Positions 39,517-48,889 of a stretch of DNA of 64,000 nt are shown piece by piece. Below the pieces are notes generated by a model. It made no database searches. It had not been told where the DNA came from and saw nothing but the letters and a program-made list of their open reading frames with translations. Numbering within the stretch: the stretch's first letter is position 1; each line of letters begins with the position of its first letter. Location of the stretch: NCBI GenBank assembly GCA_031962025.1, contig JAVRKW010000001.1; one strand, given 5' to 3'. The stretch is from Pseudothermotoga sp. Lineage in GTDB: Bacteria > Thermotogota > Thermotogae > Thermotogales > DSM-5069. The translations under genes and the position numbers were made by a program.

Positions 39517-40926
39517 ATGAAAGCCGATATCGGAGTTGTTGGTCTTGCGGTGATGGGACAGAATCTTGCTTTGAACATTGCAAGAAATGGTTATGCCGTG
39601 GCTGTTTACAACAGAACTGTTGAACGAACCAGGAAATTTGTTGAAGATAGAGTCAAAGGAGAAAAGATCATTCCATCTTTTGATATCCAGCATTTTGTCG
39701 AGTCTATTGAAAAACCAAGAAAAATAATCCTCATGGTAAAGGCAGGATCACCTGTTGATGAAGTGATCGAAGAGTTATTACCATACCTTGAAAAAGGTGA
39801 TCTGTTGATCGACGCTGGAAACTCTCATTATGCAGACACAAACAGAAGACTTGAAGAATTATCACATCAGGGAATTCTTTATTTGGGAATGGGTGTCTCA
39901 GGAGGAGAATACGGGGCATTGCATGGTCCATCGATAATGCCAGGTGGTAGCCTTGAAGCCTATAAAATGGTGGAAGATATTCTGGTGAAAATAGCCGCAA
40001 AGACAGAGGATGGACCCTGCTGCACCTACGTAGGGAATGGCTCAGCAGGACATTTTGTGAAGATGGTACACAATGGAATAGAATACTCCATAATGCAATC
40101 GATTTCTGAGGTTTATGACATAATGAGGAAAGTTTTGAAAATGAACAGTGCAGAAATCGGTCATGTATTTGAAGAATGGAATAAAGGTGAACTTGCCTCT
40201 TTTCTTGTGGAAATAACGTACAAAATCATGAGACATGTAGATGAGGAAACAAACAGACCATTGGTTGAATTAATACTCGACAAAGCAGAACAAAAAGGTA
40301 CTGGCAAGTGGACTGCTCAGGCAGCTCTTGATCTCGGTGTTCCAACACCGTCTTTGAATGTCGCCGTCTTTTCAAGAACTGTTTCTCATTTCAAAGAACA
40401 AAGAAAACAACTATCGAAGATCTTCGGAGAAAAAACAAGAATTCAAACGGACAGATCACTCATCAAAGACCTTGAAAAGTCACTGCTTTTTACGATGTTT
40501 CTTTCGTTTTCACAGGGTTTGTGGCTTATTCATGAAGCCTCGAATGCTTACAATTACGGTATAGATTTACTTGAAGTTCTGAGAATCTGGAAAGGCGGTT
40601 GTATTATAAGAGCTAAACTCTTAGATTTTCTCAGGAATATTCTCAAAGAAAATTCGGAAAATATCAACTTGCTTGCAAGCAATATTTCCATGGATTTTGT
40701 CAAAGAAAAACTTCATTCTGTTTTGAAAGTAAGTGCAGTTGCAAGAGAATCAGGCTTACCTACCCCTGTTTTAAACAATTCTATTGATTATCTGTTCAGC
40801 CTCACGGAAGAAAATTTACCTGCAAACCTGATACAGGCGCAGAGAGACTTTTTCGGAGCACATACTTTTGAAAGAATCGACAAAGAGGGGACCTTCCATG
40901 TTGAGTGGCAACAGTTAGAAAAATAA
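39517..40926 (+). CDS. gnd: 6-phosphogluconate dehydrogenase, decarboxylating (long form)
   Basis: GLAVMG, YNRT, GVSGGE, KMVHNGIEY, QKGTGKW, QAQRDFFGAH. Confidence 0.97.
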   Translation: MKADIGVVGLAVMGQNLALNIARNGYAVAVYNRTVERTRKFVEDRVKGEKIIPSFDIQHFVESIEKPRKIILMVKAGSPVDEVIEELLPYLEKGDLLIDAGNSHYADTNRRLEELSHQGILYLGMGVSGGEYGALHGPSIMPGGSLEAYKMVEDILVKIAAKTEDGPCCTYVGNGSAGHFVKMVHNGIEYSIMQSISEVYDIMRKVLKMNSAEIGHVFEEWNKGELASFLVEITYKIMRHVDEETNRPLVELILDKAEQKGTGKWTAQAALDLGVPTPSLNVAVFSRTVSHFKEQRKQLSKIFGEKTRIQTDRSLIKDLEKSLLFTMFLSFSQGLWLIHEASNAYNYGIDLLEVLRIWKGGCIIRAKLLDFLRNILKENSENINLLASNISMDFVKEKLHSVLKVSAVARESGLPTPVLNNSIDYLFSLTEENLPANLIQAQRDFFGAHTFERIDKEGTFHVEWQQLEK

Positions 40927-40927
40927 G

Positions 40928-41343
40928 TTGACCTCCTCCCAATCCCCTAAATGGGATAGGATTCCCATTAAGGAGACTAGGCTTCCCGTTTCAACATGGT
41001 GTGACTTACCAGGATATAGGGATTGCCCCTAAATATCTTGGCAGTGGTCTCCCACTCCACGGGCTTTAATTCGGACCGGTCCAGCCCTACTGCTTTTAAC
41101 ATATTAATCGCAGAGTTTAAGTCTCTGTTGAGATTAATTTTTAGTTGATACACCACAGGTATTTGATTCTTTCTTTTTTCTTTAGTTTGCTGTAGTGTTT
41201 GTTTAATCTTTTCAGCTTTTGTCACCGTTTCAACTCTTCTATGAGACTTCTTGCTACTTTTATTATGCACATTCATTACCAGACTAACTTAAGCCATTCA
41301 TCACAATCCCATAAATGGAATGTGCTTTCTGGCTTGTTTTTTT
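40928..41343 (-). mobile_element. Non-autonomous, internally deleted IS200/IS605-family element (416 bp)
   Basis: Minus strand: TTAC then left end AAAAAAACAAGCCAGAAAGC...GATGAATGGCTT; right end ...GGGAGGAGGTCAA; both ends share the hairpin core ATCCC(C/A)TAAATGG(G/A)AT; TnpB-like remnant inside; no target duplication. Confidence 0.85.
40977..41276 (-). pseudogene. tnpB: Internally deleted tnpB remnant (99-aa open frame)
   Basis: NRDLNSAINML matches the TnpB RuvC-III DRDxNAAxNI motif, followed by a TnpB-like tail; RuvC-I/II and zinc finger absent. Confidence 0.75.
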
Positions 41344-41361
41344 GTAAGGCATCTGCCTTAC
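41344..41361. terminator. Remnant terminator hairpin interrupted by the IS element
   Basis: GTAAGGC-ATCT-GCCTTAC; extends to a 10-bp stem if 40928-41343 is removed. Confidence 0.7.
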
Positions 41362-41372
41362 CTTTAAAATGA

Positions 41373-42893
41373 TCAGAGTTTTCTCATCAAGGATGAAGTA
41401 CTGTTGTACAATTCAAGAAAGATCTGGTAATACTTATCATATATTTTCTTTTTTTCCACATCTGGTTCAATGGCTTCTTTGAATTTGACCCAGTCCTTGA
41501 TTGCCTCTGGTCTGTCAATTACACCGGTCCCGAGACCGGCTAAGAACGCATCACCAAAGGGTGCTTCCACCAGACTCGCAACCTGACGCATTTTAAAACC
41601 GGTCACATCTGCAAAAATTCTCACCCAGAGATTTGACTTGGCGACACCACCTACGATCCAACATTCGTCATTGAGTTTTAATCCAGCCCTTATACCCTCT
41701 TCCATATTGTGTCTCAGAGCGTAAGCAGCTCCTTCCATCAAAGCCTTATAAAGATGAGCGCGACTGTGATAGAGACTGAGCCCAAAGATAACTCCCTTTG
41801 CAAACGGGTCCCAGATAGGCGATCTCTCACCCATGAAATATGGAAGCACAATTATACCATCGCTACCAGGTGCAATTTTTTCAGCTTCCCTGTCAAATAA
41901 CTGATACGGTGAGGTATTTATTCTTTCTGAAACCACAGTCTCGGATTCACCAAATTGTTCTTTGAACCATCTTGCAAGTGCTCCTGTAGTTGCTGAACCG
42001 CCGAAAGTATAAATGCGTTCGGTGTCGTAAACCACATATGGATAGCTCACCAAGTTAAAGGCAAGTTTACTTCCATCGTGCACCGTTCCCCAACAGGTGG
42101 ATGTTCCAACCATCGCCACGTGTTCTCCTTGTTCAAGAGCACCTGCGGAAAGTTGTGCAACCGGTGCATCGATACCTCCTGCTACAACTGGAGTGCCCTC
42201 GAGTAAACCGCACGACATCGCTGCTTTTTTTGTGATTTTACCAACCACATCTGATGATTTGACAATACGTTCAGGTAAATACTCCTTGGGAATGTTCAGT
42301 ACCTTACACATATGATCAGACCATGTGAGTTTTCTTATATCAAACAGACCACCTATATTACCAGCGGAGGAATAATCAATTGCCAGTTCGCCTGTCAACT
42401 GATATATGACAAAATCCTTCGGTGTGACAAATTTGTAGATTTTCTTCCAAACTTCAGGGACATTGTTTCTTATCCACATCATTTTTGGAAAACCGAAATA
42501 AGAATCAACATAATTTCCAGTTATGCCAAAGATTTCTTCCTTGGGTACATTTTCTTTGACCCACTGAGTTTCCTTTACAGCTCTTCTGTCCATCCATATC
42601 AGACAGGGATATAAAGCTTCCATGTTCTTATCAACAGGAATACCTGCTCCACCAAATAAACCACTAATGGCTACCCCGGCGATTTTGTTTCTGGACACCT
42701 TTGACCTTTCGATTATTTCCTTTATAGTTTCAAAGACTGCCCTGACCCATGGATCGGGCCATTGCTCAGCCCAATTGGGTTTTGGCTTTATGACATCATA
42801 TTCTCTTGAAGCCTCACAGATAACATGCCCCGATTCATCCACAATCACACTTTTTGTACCTTGCGTACCTATATCACTGCCTATCATGTACAT
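41373..42893 (-). CDS. FGGY-family carbohydrate kinase (pentulose kinase-like; substrate not determined)
   Basis: GSDIGTQGTK, WMDRR, GGID, GTS, LPYFMGERSP, GGVAKS. Confidence 0.9.
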   Translation of the reverse strand: MYMIGSDIGTQGTKSVIVDESGHVICEASREYDVIKPKPNWAEQWPDPWVRAVFETIKEIIERSKVSRNKIAGVAISGLFGGAGIPVDKNMEALYPCLIWMDRRAVKETQWVKENVPKEEIFGITGNYVDSYFGFPKMMWIRNNVPEVWKKIYKFVTPKDFVIYQLTGELAIDYSSAGNIGGLFDIRKLTWSDHMCKVLNIPKEYLPERIVKSSDVVGKITKKAAMSCGLLEGTPVVAGGIDAPVAQLSAGALEQGEHVAMVGTSTCWGTVHDGSKLAFNLVSYPYVVYDTERIYTFGGSATTGALARWFKEQFGESETVVSERINTSPYQLFDREAEKIAPGSDGIIVLPYFMGERSPIWDPFAKGVIFGLSLYHSRAHLYKALMEGAAYALRHNMEEGIRAGLKLNDECWIVGGVAKSNLWVRIFADVTGFKMRQVASLVEAPFGDAFLAGLGTGVIDRPEAIKDWVKFKEAIEPDVEKKKIYDKYYQIFLELYNSTSSLMRKL

Positions 42894-43050
42894 AACCATA
42901 CCCCCTAATGGCAATCACAACAATCAGCTATTGCGGAAATATATCCTTCAGATTTAAAAAGGTACGTACATTATTTTACGCTCATTTCAAGGACCAATCA
43001 AGTTTACAACCAATTATTGTAAAATTTGAAAGGAGGGACTTTTTGACAAT

Positions 43051-43827
43051 ATGAGCTCGATAATTGCTGGGATATTGATCGGTATGGCTAATCTTGTACC
43101 TGGAATCAGCGGTGGAACAGTTGCTGTTGTGCTCGGAGTCTATGAAAAATTGATAAAAGCTATCGCTGATTTAGTCAGATTCAGATTGAACAGAGATCAA
43201 TTCAACTTCATCATAATGGTTGGTGCTGGGATCTTGATCGCGCTTTTATTGGGTTCTAAATTGATGAGTACAGCACTGAGTAAGGCTGCTGGGTTTACTT
43301 ATGCCGCTTTTTTTGGGCTTGTTCTTGGTACAGTTCCTTTTTTGTTCAAAAAACTTGGCAGATTAGAATTTGCCTACATTCTTGCTGGAATCGTTCTTTT
43401 TATATTCGTTGAAAATATCAGATTCTCTGTGAAAATTTCTTCGGCACTCCTGCCACTAACTGGTTTTGTTGCGGCGTTTGCAATGGTTATGCCCGGCTTG
43501 AGTGGATCACTTGTTATGCTCATTTTTGGAGTGTATGAAAAGATAATAAATGCCGTTAGTGTACTGAATTTTTCTGTATTGATTCCATTTGGTGTAGGTG
43601 CTGTTGTTGGTATAATTGTTTGTGTGTTTTTTATGAAATATCTGTTTGAAAGATTTCCCAGCCAGACGAGGAATTTCGTTCTTGGATTGGTGATGGCATC
43701 GCTTTTAAAAATACAGCCATTCGATAAACAAACTTTCAGCTGGTATGGGTATCTTGTATTGTTTTGTATAATATTTGTTAGCTTTCTTTTCTCTGTGTGG
43801 TTTACAAAAAGTGCAAAGCAGTTGTGA
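43051..43827 (+). CDS. DUF368 family membrane protein (putative undecaprenyl-phosphate translocase)
   Basis: Repeated PGISGGT / MPGLSGS motifs, FFGLVLG, multiple TM helices. Confidence 0.85.
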   Translation: MSSIIAGILIGMANLVPGISGGTVAVVLGVYEKLIKAIADLVRFRLNRDQFNFIIMVGAGILIALLLGSKLMSTALSKAAGFTYAAFFGLVLGTVPFLFKKLGRLEFAYILAGIVLFIFVENIRFSVKISSALLPLTGFVAAFAMVMPGLSGSLVMLIFGVYEKIINAVSVLNFSVLIPFGVGAVVGIIVCVFFMKYLFERFPSQTRNFVLGLVMASLLKIQPFDKQTFSWYGYLVLFCIIFVSFLFSVWFTKSAKQL

Positions 43828-43836
43828 ATTGAGTTA

Positions 43837-43845
43837 TGATATAAT
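43837..43845 (+). promoter_or_regulatory. Extended -10 promoter for the polar amino acid ABC operon
   Basis: TGATATAAT about 20 bp before the start, followed by GGAGG; no clear -35. Confidence 0.5.
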
Positions 43846-43864
43846 GTGAATCTGAAAGGAGGGG

Positions 43865-44596
43865 TTGAGAGTGAAGTTAACAGGTTGGTTTTTGATTTTT
43901 TTACTCCTGCTCACCAATTTTGTTTGTGCCAGAATTGTGACTGTCGGAACGAGTGCTGATTTTCCGCCATTTGAGTATATTGACAATGGACAATTCGTTG
44001 GCTTCGACATGGATCTAATGCGTGAGATTGCAAAACTGGCTGATTTTGAACTGAAGTTTGTCGATATGAGTTTTGATTCTTTGATACCGGCACTCAGGGC
44101 TGGACAGGTTGACGTAGTTGCCGCAGCCATGACGATAACCGATGAACGCAGGCAAGTGGTAGATTTCTCAATTCCATACTGGACTGCAGATCAAAGCATC
44201 ATAGTGAAGGCAGATAGTGGTTTGACCATAACTGTTCTGTTTCAAAAAGGCAGGATAGGAGTCCAGACGGGCACGACAGCAGATCTGTGGTGCACCGACA
44301 ACTTGGTGGGTAAAGGGTTACTCGCCGAAAAAAATTTGAAGCGCTACGATACCTTTGTACTTGCTCTGAGTGATCTTCTCAATGGAAACATCGATGCAAT
44401 TGTTCTGGATTCTCCTGTAGCCAATAGATTTGCAGCCACAAAGCCCGTCAAAGTCGTGGGTATCATCGTTACGGGGGAGCAGTACGGGATAGCGGTGAAG
44501 AAAGGGAACAAAGAGTTGCTGGATAAAATCAACAGTGCCATAAGAGTTTTGAATGAAACGGGAAAGATGTCAGAGTTGATAGACAAGTATTTTTGA
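43865..44596 (+). CDS. Polar amino acid ABC substrate-binding protein
   Basis: VGTSADFPPFE, GFDMDL, AMTITDER, VDFS, GVQTGTT. Confidence 0.93.
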   Translation: MRVKLTGWFLIFLLLLTNFVCARIVTVGTSADFPPFEYIDNGQFVGFDMDLMREIAKLADFELKFVDMSFDSLIPALRAGQVDVVAAAMTITDERRQVVDFSIPYWTADQSIIVKADSGLTITVLFQKGRIGVQTGTTADLWCTDNLVGKGLLAEKNLKRYDTFVLALSDLLNGNIDAIVLDSPVANRFAATKPVKVVGIIVTGEQYGIAVKKGNKELLDKINSAIRVLNETGKMSELIDKYF

Positions 44597-44627
44597 TCAA
44601 GTGGGGGGTTAAACAGTAGAAAAGTTA

Positions 44628-45293
44628 TTGTTGGTCGTTAATTCTTTACCTATACTTCTCAAGGGCACACTGGTCACTGTTGAGTTGACGGCGCTTGGTT
44701 TAGCGCTAGGTTTTGTGATTGCAGTACCAGTCAGTTTTGCTCAGGTTTATGGTGGCCGTGTTGCCCGTTTTGTCTGCTCTTTGTATGAAAGAACTTTCAG
44801 GAGTATTCCACTGCTTGTGCTGTTGATGTTGATTTTCTATGGTCTTCCAGAGATCGGGATCAGGTTCGCTCCGTTTTTTTCCTGTGTTCTTGGTTTGGGA
44901 ATAAGAAGTTCTGCTTATCAATCACAAATTTTCAGAGGAGCAATTCTTTCGGTTGGAAAGGGACAGACTTTAGCTGCTCTGTCGATTGGGATGACTCCGT
45001 TTGAGAGCTTCAGGTATATAGTTTTCCCACAGGCTTTGAGGTTTTCCATTGCCCCTTGGACAAATGAGTTCACGGTGGTTCTGAAAGATTCATCCATGGC
45101 TTATGCACTTGGAGTGGTGGAACTACTCAGGCAGGGAAGCTATATCATTTCGACGACTTACGAGCCAATGGTTATTTTTCTCACCTGTGCAGCTATATAT
45201 CTTGTAATGACCCTAACGGCAAACAAATTGATGGGATACATAGAAAAAAAATTACAGATACCCGGTTTTGAAACTAAGGGGGTTTCACATTGA
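44628..45293 (+). CDS. Polar amino acid ABC permease (start uncertain)
   Basis: [29 protein letters not shown]. Confidence 0.9.
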   Translation: MLVVNSLPILLKGTLVTVELTALGLALGFVIAVPVSFAQVYGGRVARFVCSLYERTFRSIPLLVLLMLIFYGLPEIGIRFAPFFSCVLGLGIRSSAYQSQIFRGAILSVGKGQTLAALSIGMTPFESFRYIVFPQALRFSIAPWTNEFTVVLKDSSMAYALGVVELLRQGSYIISTTYEPMVIFLTCAAIYLVMTLTANKLMGYIEKKLQIPGFETKGVSH

Positions 45294-46045
45294 CTGAGGT
45301 CGTTCTGAAAGTGGAAGATTTAAAGAAGAGTTATGGTAAAAACGAGATCCTCAAAGGTATCTCACTTGAGGTAAGAAAGGGTGAAACCAAGGTCATAATA
45401 GGACCAAGCGGGACGGGTAAAAGCACGCTGCTCGCTTGCATAAATAGATTGATAGAACCAGATCACGGCAGAGTTTTACTTGAAGGTGAAGAGATAACCT
45501 CACGAAACGCACACAAAATGAGACAAAAAATAGGATATGTCTTTCAAGATTTCAATCTGTTCAATCATCTTACAGCACTTGATAATGTGAGAATAGGTTT
45601 GATAAAGGTTCAGAAACTTTCGAAAGATGAAGCAACACAGATTGCACTGGAACAGCTGTCAAAAGTTGGACTTTCACAAAAAGCGAACCTTTATCCTTCA
45701 CAACTATCTGGTGGTCAAAAACAGCGTGTGGCAATAGCAAGAGCACTCGCAATGAGACCTAAGCTCATGCTCTTTGATGAGCCAACATCAGCACTTGACC
45801 CAGAACTTATTGGTGAAGTTCTTTCGGTGATGATTGACCTTGCAAGATCTGGTATGACCATGCTGGTCGTCACACATGAACTTGGGTTTGCAAGGACTGT
45901 TGCAGATGAAATCATTTTCATGGAAAACGGTTTGATTGTTGAGCAAGGACCGCCATCTTTGATATTCACCAGTCCCAAAAAAGATAGAACAAAACAATTT
46001 CTCAAAAAACTCACCGAACTTTATGGAGAGGAAAAGATCAAATGA
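45290..46045 (+). CDS. Polar amino acid ABC ATPase
   Basis: [39 protein letters not shown]. Confidence 0.94.
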   Translation: MTEVVLKVEDLKKSYGKNEILKGISLEVRKGETKVIIGPSGTGKSTLLACINRLIEPDHGRVLLEGEEITSRNAHKMRQKIGYVFQDFNLFNHLTALDNVRIGLIKVQKLSKDEATQIALEQLSKVGLSQKANLYPSQLSGGQKQRVAIARALAMRPKLMLFDEPTSALDPELIGEVLSVMIDLARSGMTMLVVTHELGFARTVADEIIFMENGLIVEQGPPSLIFTSPKKDRTKQFLKKLTELYGEEKIK

Positions 46046-46713
46046 GCTTGTGGCAGATAACACTCATTTCGATGCCAAAACTTTTTCAAGGTTTGGCAGT
46101 GACTTTGTATATGACCGTTTTTGCGGCATTGGCTGGTTTGGTCCTTGGAATTGTGTTGTGTTTGGGTAGAGTCTACGGCAACAAATTTGCGAGTTTGCTC
46201 AGTACAGGTTTTATCGAATTGATACGTGGTACGCCCATGCTGGTTCAGCTTTTTATACTTTATTATGGCTTACCAGTCTACGGTATTAGATTGACACCTC
46301 TTGTTGCTGCTCTGATAGGTTTTTCTATCAACAGTGCAGCATACCAGGCTGAGTATTTGAGAGGGTCAATTCAGTCGATCGGAACAGGTCAGATGAAAGC
46401 GGCGTTGTCAATAGGAATGAAAAAATGGCAGGCAGTGAGATATATAATTCTTCCTCAGGCACTTAGACGAGTCATACCAGCCTGGACAAATGAGTTCATC
46501 TACCTGTTGAAGTATACTTCCATGGCTTACATAATTGGCGCACCGGAGATGATGGCTCAGGCAAAGTTTATAGCAAGCAGGAATTTTGAATTTTTCAAGG
46601 TTTATTTGCTCACCGCCGCTGTTTATTTATCGATTGTCTGGACTATGTCCTTTGCTTTTTCATACCTGGAAAGGAAATTGCGAATACCCGGGACTGCGAT
46701 AACAGAAAGATAG
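46042..46713 (+). CDS. Polar amino acid ABC permease
   Basis: [27 protein letters not shown]. Confidence 0.92.
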   Translation: MSLWQITLISMPKLFQGLAVTLYMTVFAALAGLVLGIVLCLGRVYGNKFASLLSTGFIELIRGTPMLVQLFILYYGLPVYGIRLTPLVAALIGFSINSAAYQAEYLRGSIQSIGTGQMKAALSIGMKKWQAVRYIILPQALRRVIPAWTNEFIYLLKYTSMAYIIGAPEMMAQAKFIASRNFEFFKVYLLTAAVYLSIVWTMSFAFSYLERKLRIPGTAITER

Positions 46714-46714
46714 T

Positions 46715-47164
46715 TCAACCAAGTACCTGCTTTAACACAGATGGTTCTATTCTGAAAACCGAACCCTTTCCCTGCAAAAAATGGTGTTTCTCAAACAGGT
46801 GGATTGATAGCTCACTGAGATTGATTTCAGCTCCATTTTTTACGTTTTTCACATGAATTAATCTTTTTCTGAAAATTCCATCTTTGAATGGACATGGGAT
46901 AAAACCACGAGCCTCGTAAATACTCACTTCCCACGTGTTGTCAACCAGTACTGTTTCCCCAAGTCCTTTAATCGCTGCATCAAGCAACTTTTTCATCCAG
47001 AGTGCAACCTTTTCAAAATCCAGCCCCAGTTGATTCATCATCTGCTCATCTTCTTCAATTATCTGAACCAGGTCGCGTTTATCTTCACCTAAAAACCCTA
47101 CAGAACTTATCACACCCGGTTGCATGTTCTTTTGTGCCTGTATATACTCTGGAGACATCTTCAT
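46715..47164 (-). CDS. Hypothetical soluble protein, last gene of the nqr operon
   Basis: 149 aa, GAGGTG RBS, 12 bp after nqrF; RGFIPCPF and IHLFEKHHFLQG motifs. Confidence 0.7.
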   Translation of the reverse strand: MKMSPEYIQAQKNMQPGVISSVGFLGEDKRDLVQIIEEDEQMMNQLGLDFEKVALWMKKLLDAAIKGLGETVLVDNTWEVSIYEARGFIPCPFKDGIFRKRLIHVKNVKNGAEINLSELSIHLFEKHHFLQGKGSVFRIEPSVLKQVLG

Positions 47165-47176
47165 CTGACCACCTCG

Positions 47177-48292
47177 TCATGCAAATTTGTCATAGTATAT
47201 CTTTTCCTGTGGTATACCGTTGTCTTTCATGACCTGAACGCAGGCATTTATCATCCCTGGACTACCACACAGATAACCTTCTTTTGCCTTGGAACGATCT
47301 ATTATTTGCTTGAGGTATTTGTCCAGTACTTCTGTTATCAGACCTTTTTCACCGGTCCAGTTGTCTTCTACGAGTGGGTTTGAGAGAGCTGGTATGAAAT
47401 GAAAATTGCTCCATTTTTTTTCGAGTTCCTGAAAAAGATCGACATAAAACAGATCTTTTAAAGATCTTGCTCCAAAAAAGTACCAGATTTCGCGGTTGTT
47501 GATGTGTTTTTCATACAGGTCAAAGATAATAGACTTCAGCGGTGCCATGCCAGAACCGCCAGCAACACAGATCATCATTGCATCAGTATCTCTGGCATAA
47601 AACTCTCCAAACGGTCCTGTAAATTCCACTATTTCATTTTCTTTCATGTAATTGTGCACGTAAGTTGTTGCCGCACCACCGGGCACAAGCCTTATCAGAA
47701 GTTCTATTTTGTCTTTCTGGCTTGGCACGGAAGATATCGAATATGCCCTTTGGGTAACCTGATTGATCTTGTCATAAGGTGGTATCGACAGCTGAATATA
47801 CTGACCCGCTTTGAAGTCAATTGCCTGAGGTTCTATGAGTTTCAGTGTTATCTCTTTTATATCATAGGTGACGTTTTTTATTTTTTCGACGGTGGCTTTG
47901 AACTTCTTGGCAAACAGAAGTTCTTCTGGAATTTCTATTTCTAAGTCTTTTTTGACTTTGATCTGACAGGAAAGTCTGATATTTTCTTTCATCTGCTCCT
48001 TTGAGATATAAGGTATTTCAGTGGGAAGATACGGTCCAACATCACTTAGGATTTTTACTTTGCACACTCCGCAGCTACCTCGTCCCCCACAGGCTGATGG
48101 GACAAATATTCCCTTCGACGCGAGAGTAAAAAGAAGTGGTGACCCGCCCTTTGCTTCTATAGTCTTTCGCTTGTTGATGGTGATTTTAACCTGCCCGTAG
48201 TTATTCACAAAGGTATCGACTATCATTATGGTGGCAGATAAAAGAGTGCTAATTAAAGAAACAACGAGTACGCTTATCAAAACAGATAACAT
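47177..48292 (-). CDS. nqrF: NqrF-like NADH-oxidising FAD/[2Fe-2S] subunit
   Basis: N-terminal TM, SACGGRGSCGVC...RLSCQ, RAYS, GPFG, GGSGMAP, YLCGSPGM. Confidence 0.85.
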   Translation of the reverse strand: MLSVLISVLVVSLISTLLSATIMIVDTFVNNYGQVKITINKRKTIEAKGGSPLLFTLASKGIFVPSACGGRGSCGVCKVKILSDVGPYLPTEIPYISKEQMKENIRLSCQIKVKKDLEIEIPEELLFAKKFKATVEKIKNVTYDIKEITLKLIEPQAIDFKAGQYIQLSIPPYDKINQVTQRAYSISSVPSQKDKIELLIRLVPGGAATTYVHNYMKENEIVEFTGPFGEFYARDTDAMMICVAGGSGMAPLKSIIFDLYEKHINNREIWYFFGARSLKDLFYVDLFQELEKKWSNFHFIPALSNPLVEDNWTGEKGLITEVLDKYLKQIIDRSKAKEGYLCGSPGMINACVQVMKDNGIPQEKIYYDKFA

Positions 48293-48301
48293 TTTTTCAC
48301 C

Positions 48302-48889
48302 TCACTGAATCTGTATCATTCCAGAAAAACCTATGAATGCCATTGCCATAATGCCAATCGTTATGAAAGTGAGGCCAGTTCCTTTTAGACCTGCTGGTAC
48401 TGGTGCATTGTCCGTCCTTTTTCTGATTGCCGCCAGAAGAACTATTGCAAGCCACCAGCCAATGCCTGAACCCAATCCGTAAAACAGAGATTGCAGCATC
48501 GAATAATTTCTCAGTTGCATGAAGAGCGTTACGCCAAGTATTGCACAGTTTACGGTGATCAGGGGTAGGAAAATGCCCAAGGTTATGTAAAGCGAAGGTG
48601 ATAATCTGTCTATTATCATTTCCAAAATCTGCACTACAGCAGCTATGACAAGTATGAAAATTATGTACCTCAAATACTCCAGACCGAATGGCACAATGAT
48701 GTAATGATACACAAACCAGTTCATCACTGTCGTGATAGTCATGACAAAAGTGACAGCCATTCCAAGCCCGTTTGATGATTTCAAATCCTTTGATATTGAA
48801 ATGTAAGAACACATGCCCAGAAAATTGTTCAGCAGAATATTACTTGTGAAGATAGATGCAAAAAGCAGAACTATTGGATTCACACTCAT
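48302..48889 (-). CDS. nqrE: NqrE/RnfA family membrane subunit
   Basis: FLGMC, LGIFLPLITVNCAILG, GIMAMAFIGFSG. Confidence 0.85.
   Translation of the reverse strand: MSVNPIVLLFASIFTSNILLNNFLGMCSYISISKDLKSSNGLGMAVTFVMTITTVMNWFVYHYIIVPFGLEYLRYIIFILVIAAVVQILEMIIDRLSPSLYITLGIFLPLITVNCAILGVTLFMQLRNYSMLQSLFYGLGSGIGWWLAIVLLAAIRKRTDNAPVPAGLKGTGLTFITIGIMAMAFIGFSGMIQIQ

Noticed and set aside
48297..48812. 171-aa His/Cys-rich same-strand alternative-frame ORF inside nqrE
   Set aside because: Composition is what a shifted frame of a hydrophobic gene gives; no RBS seen
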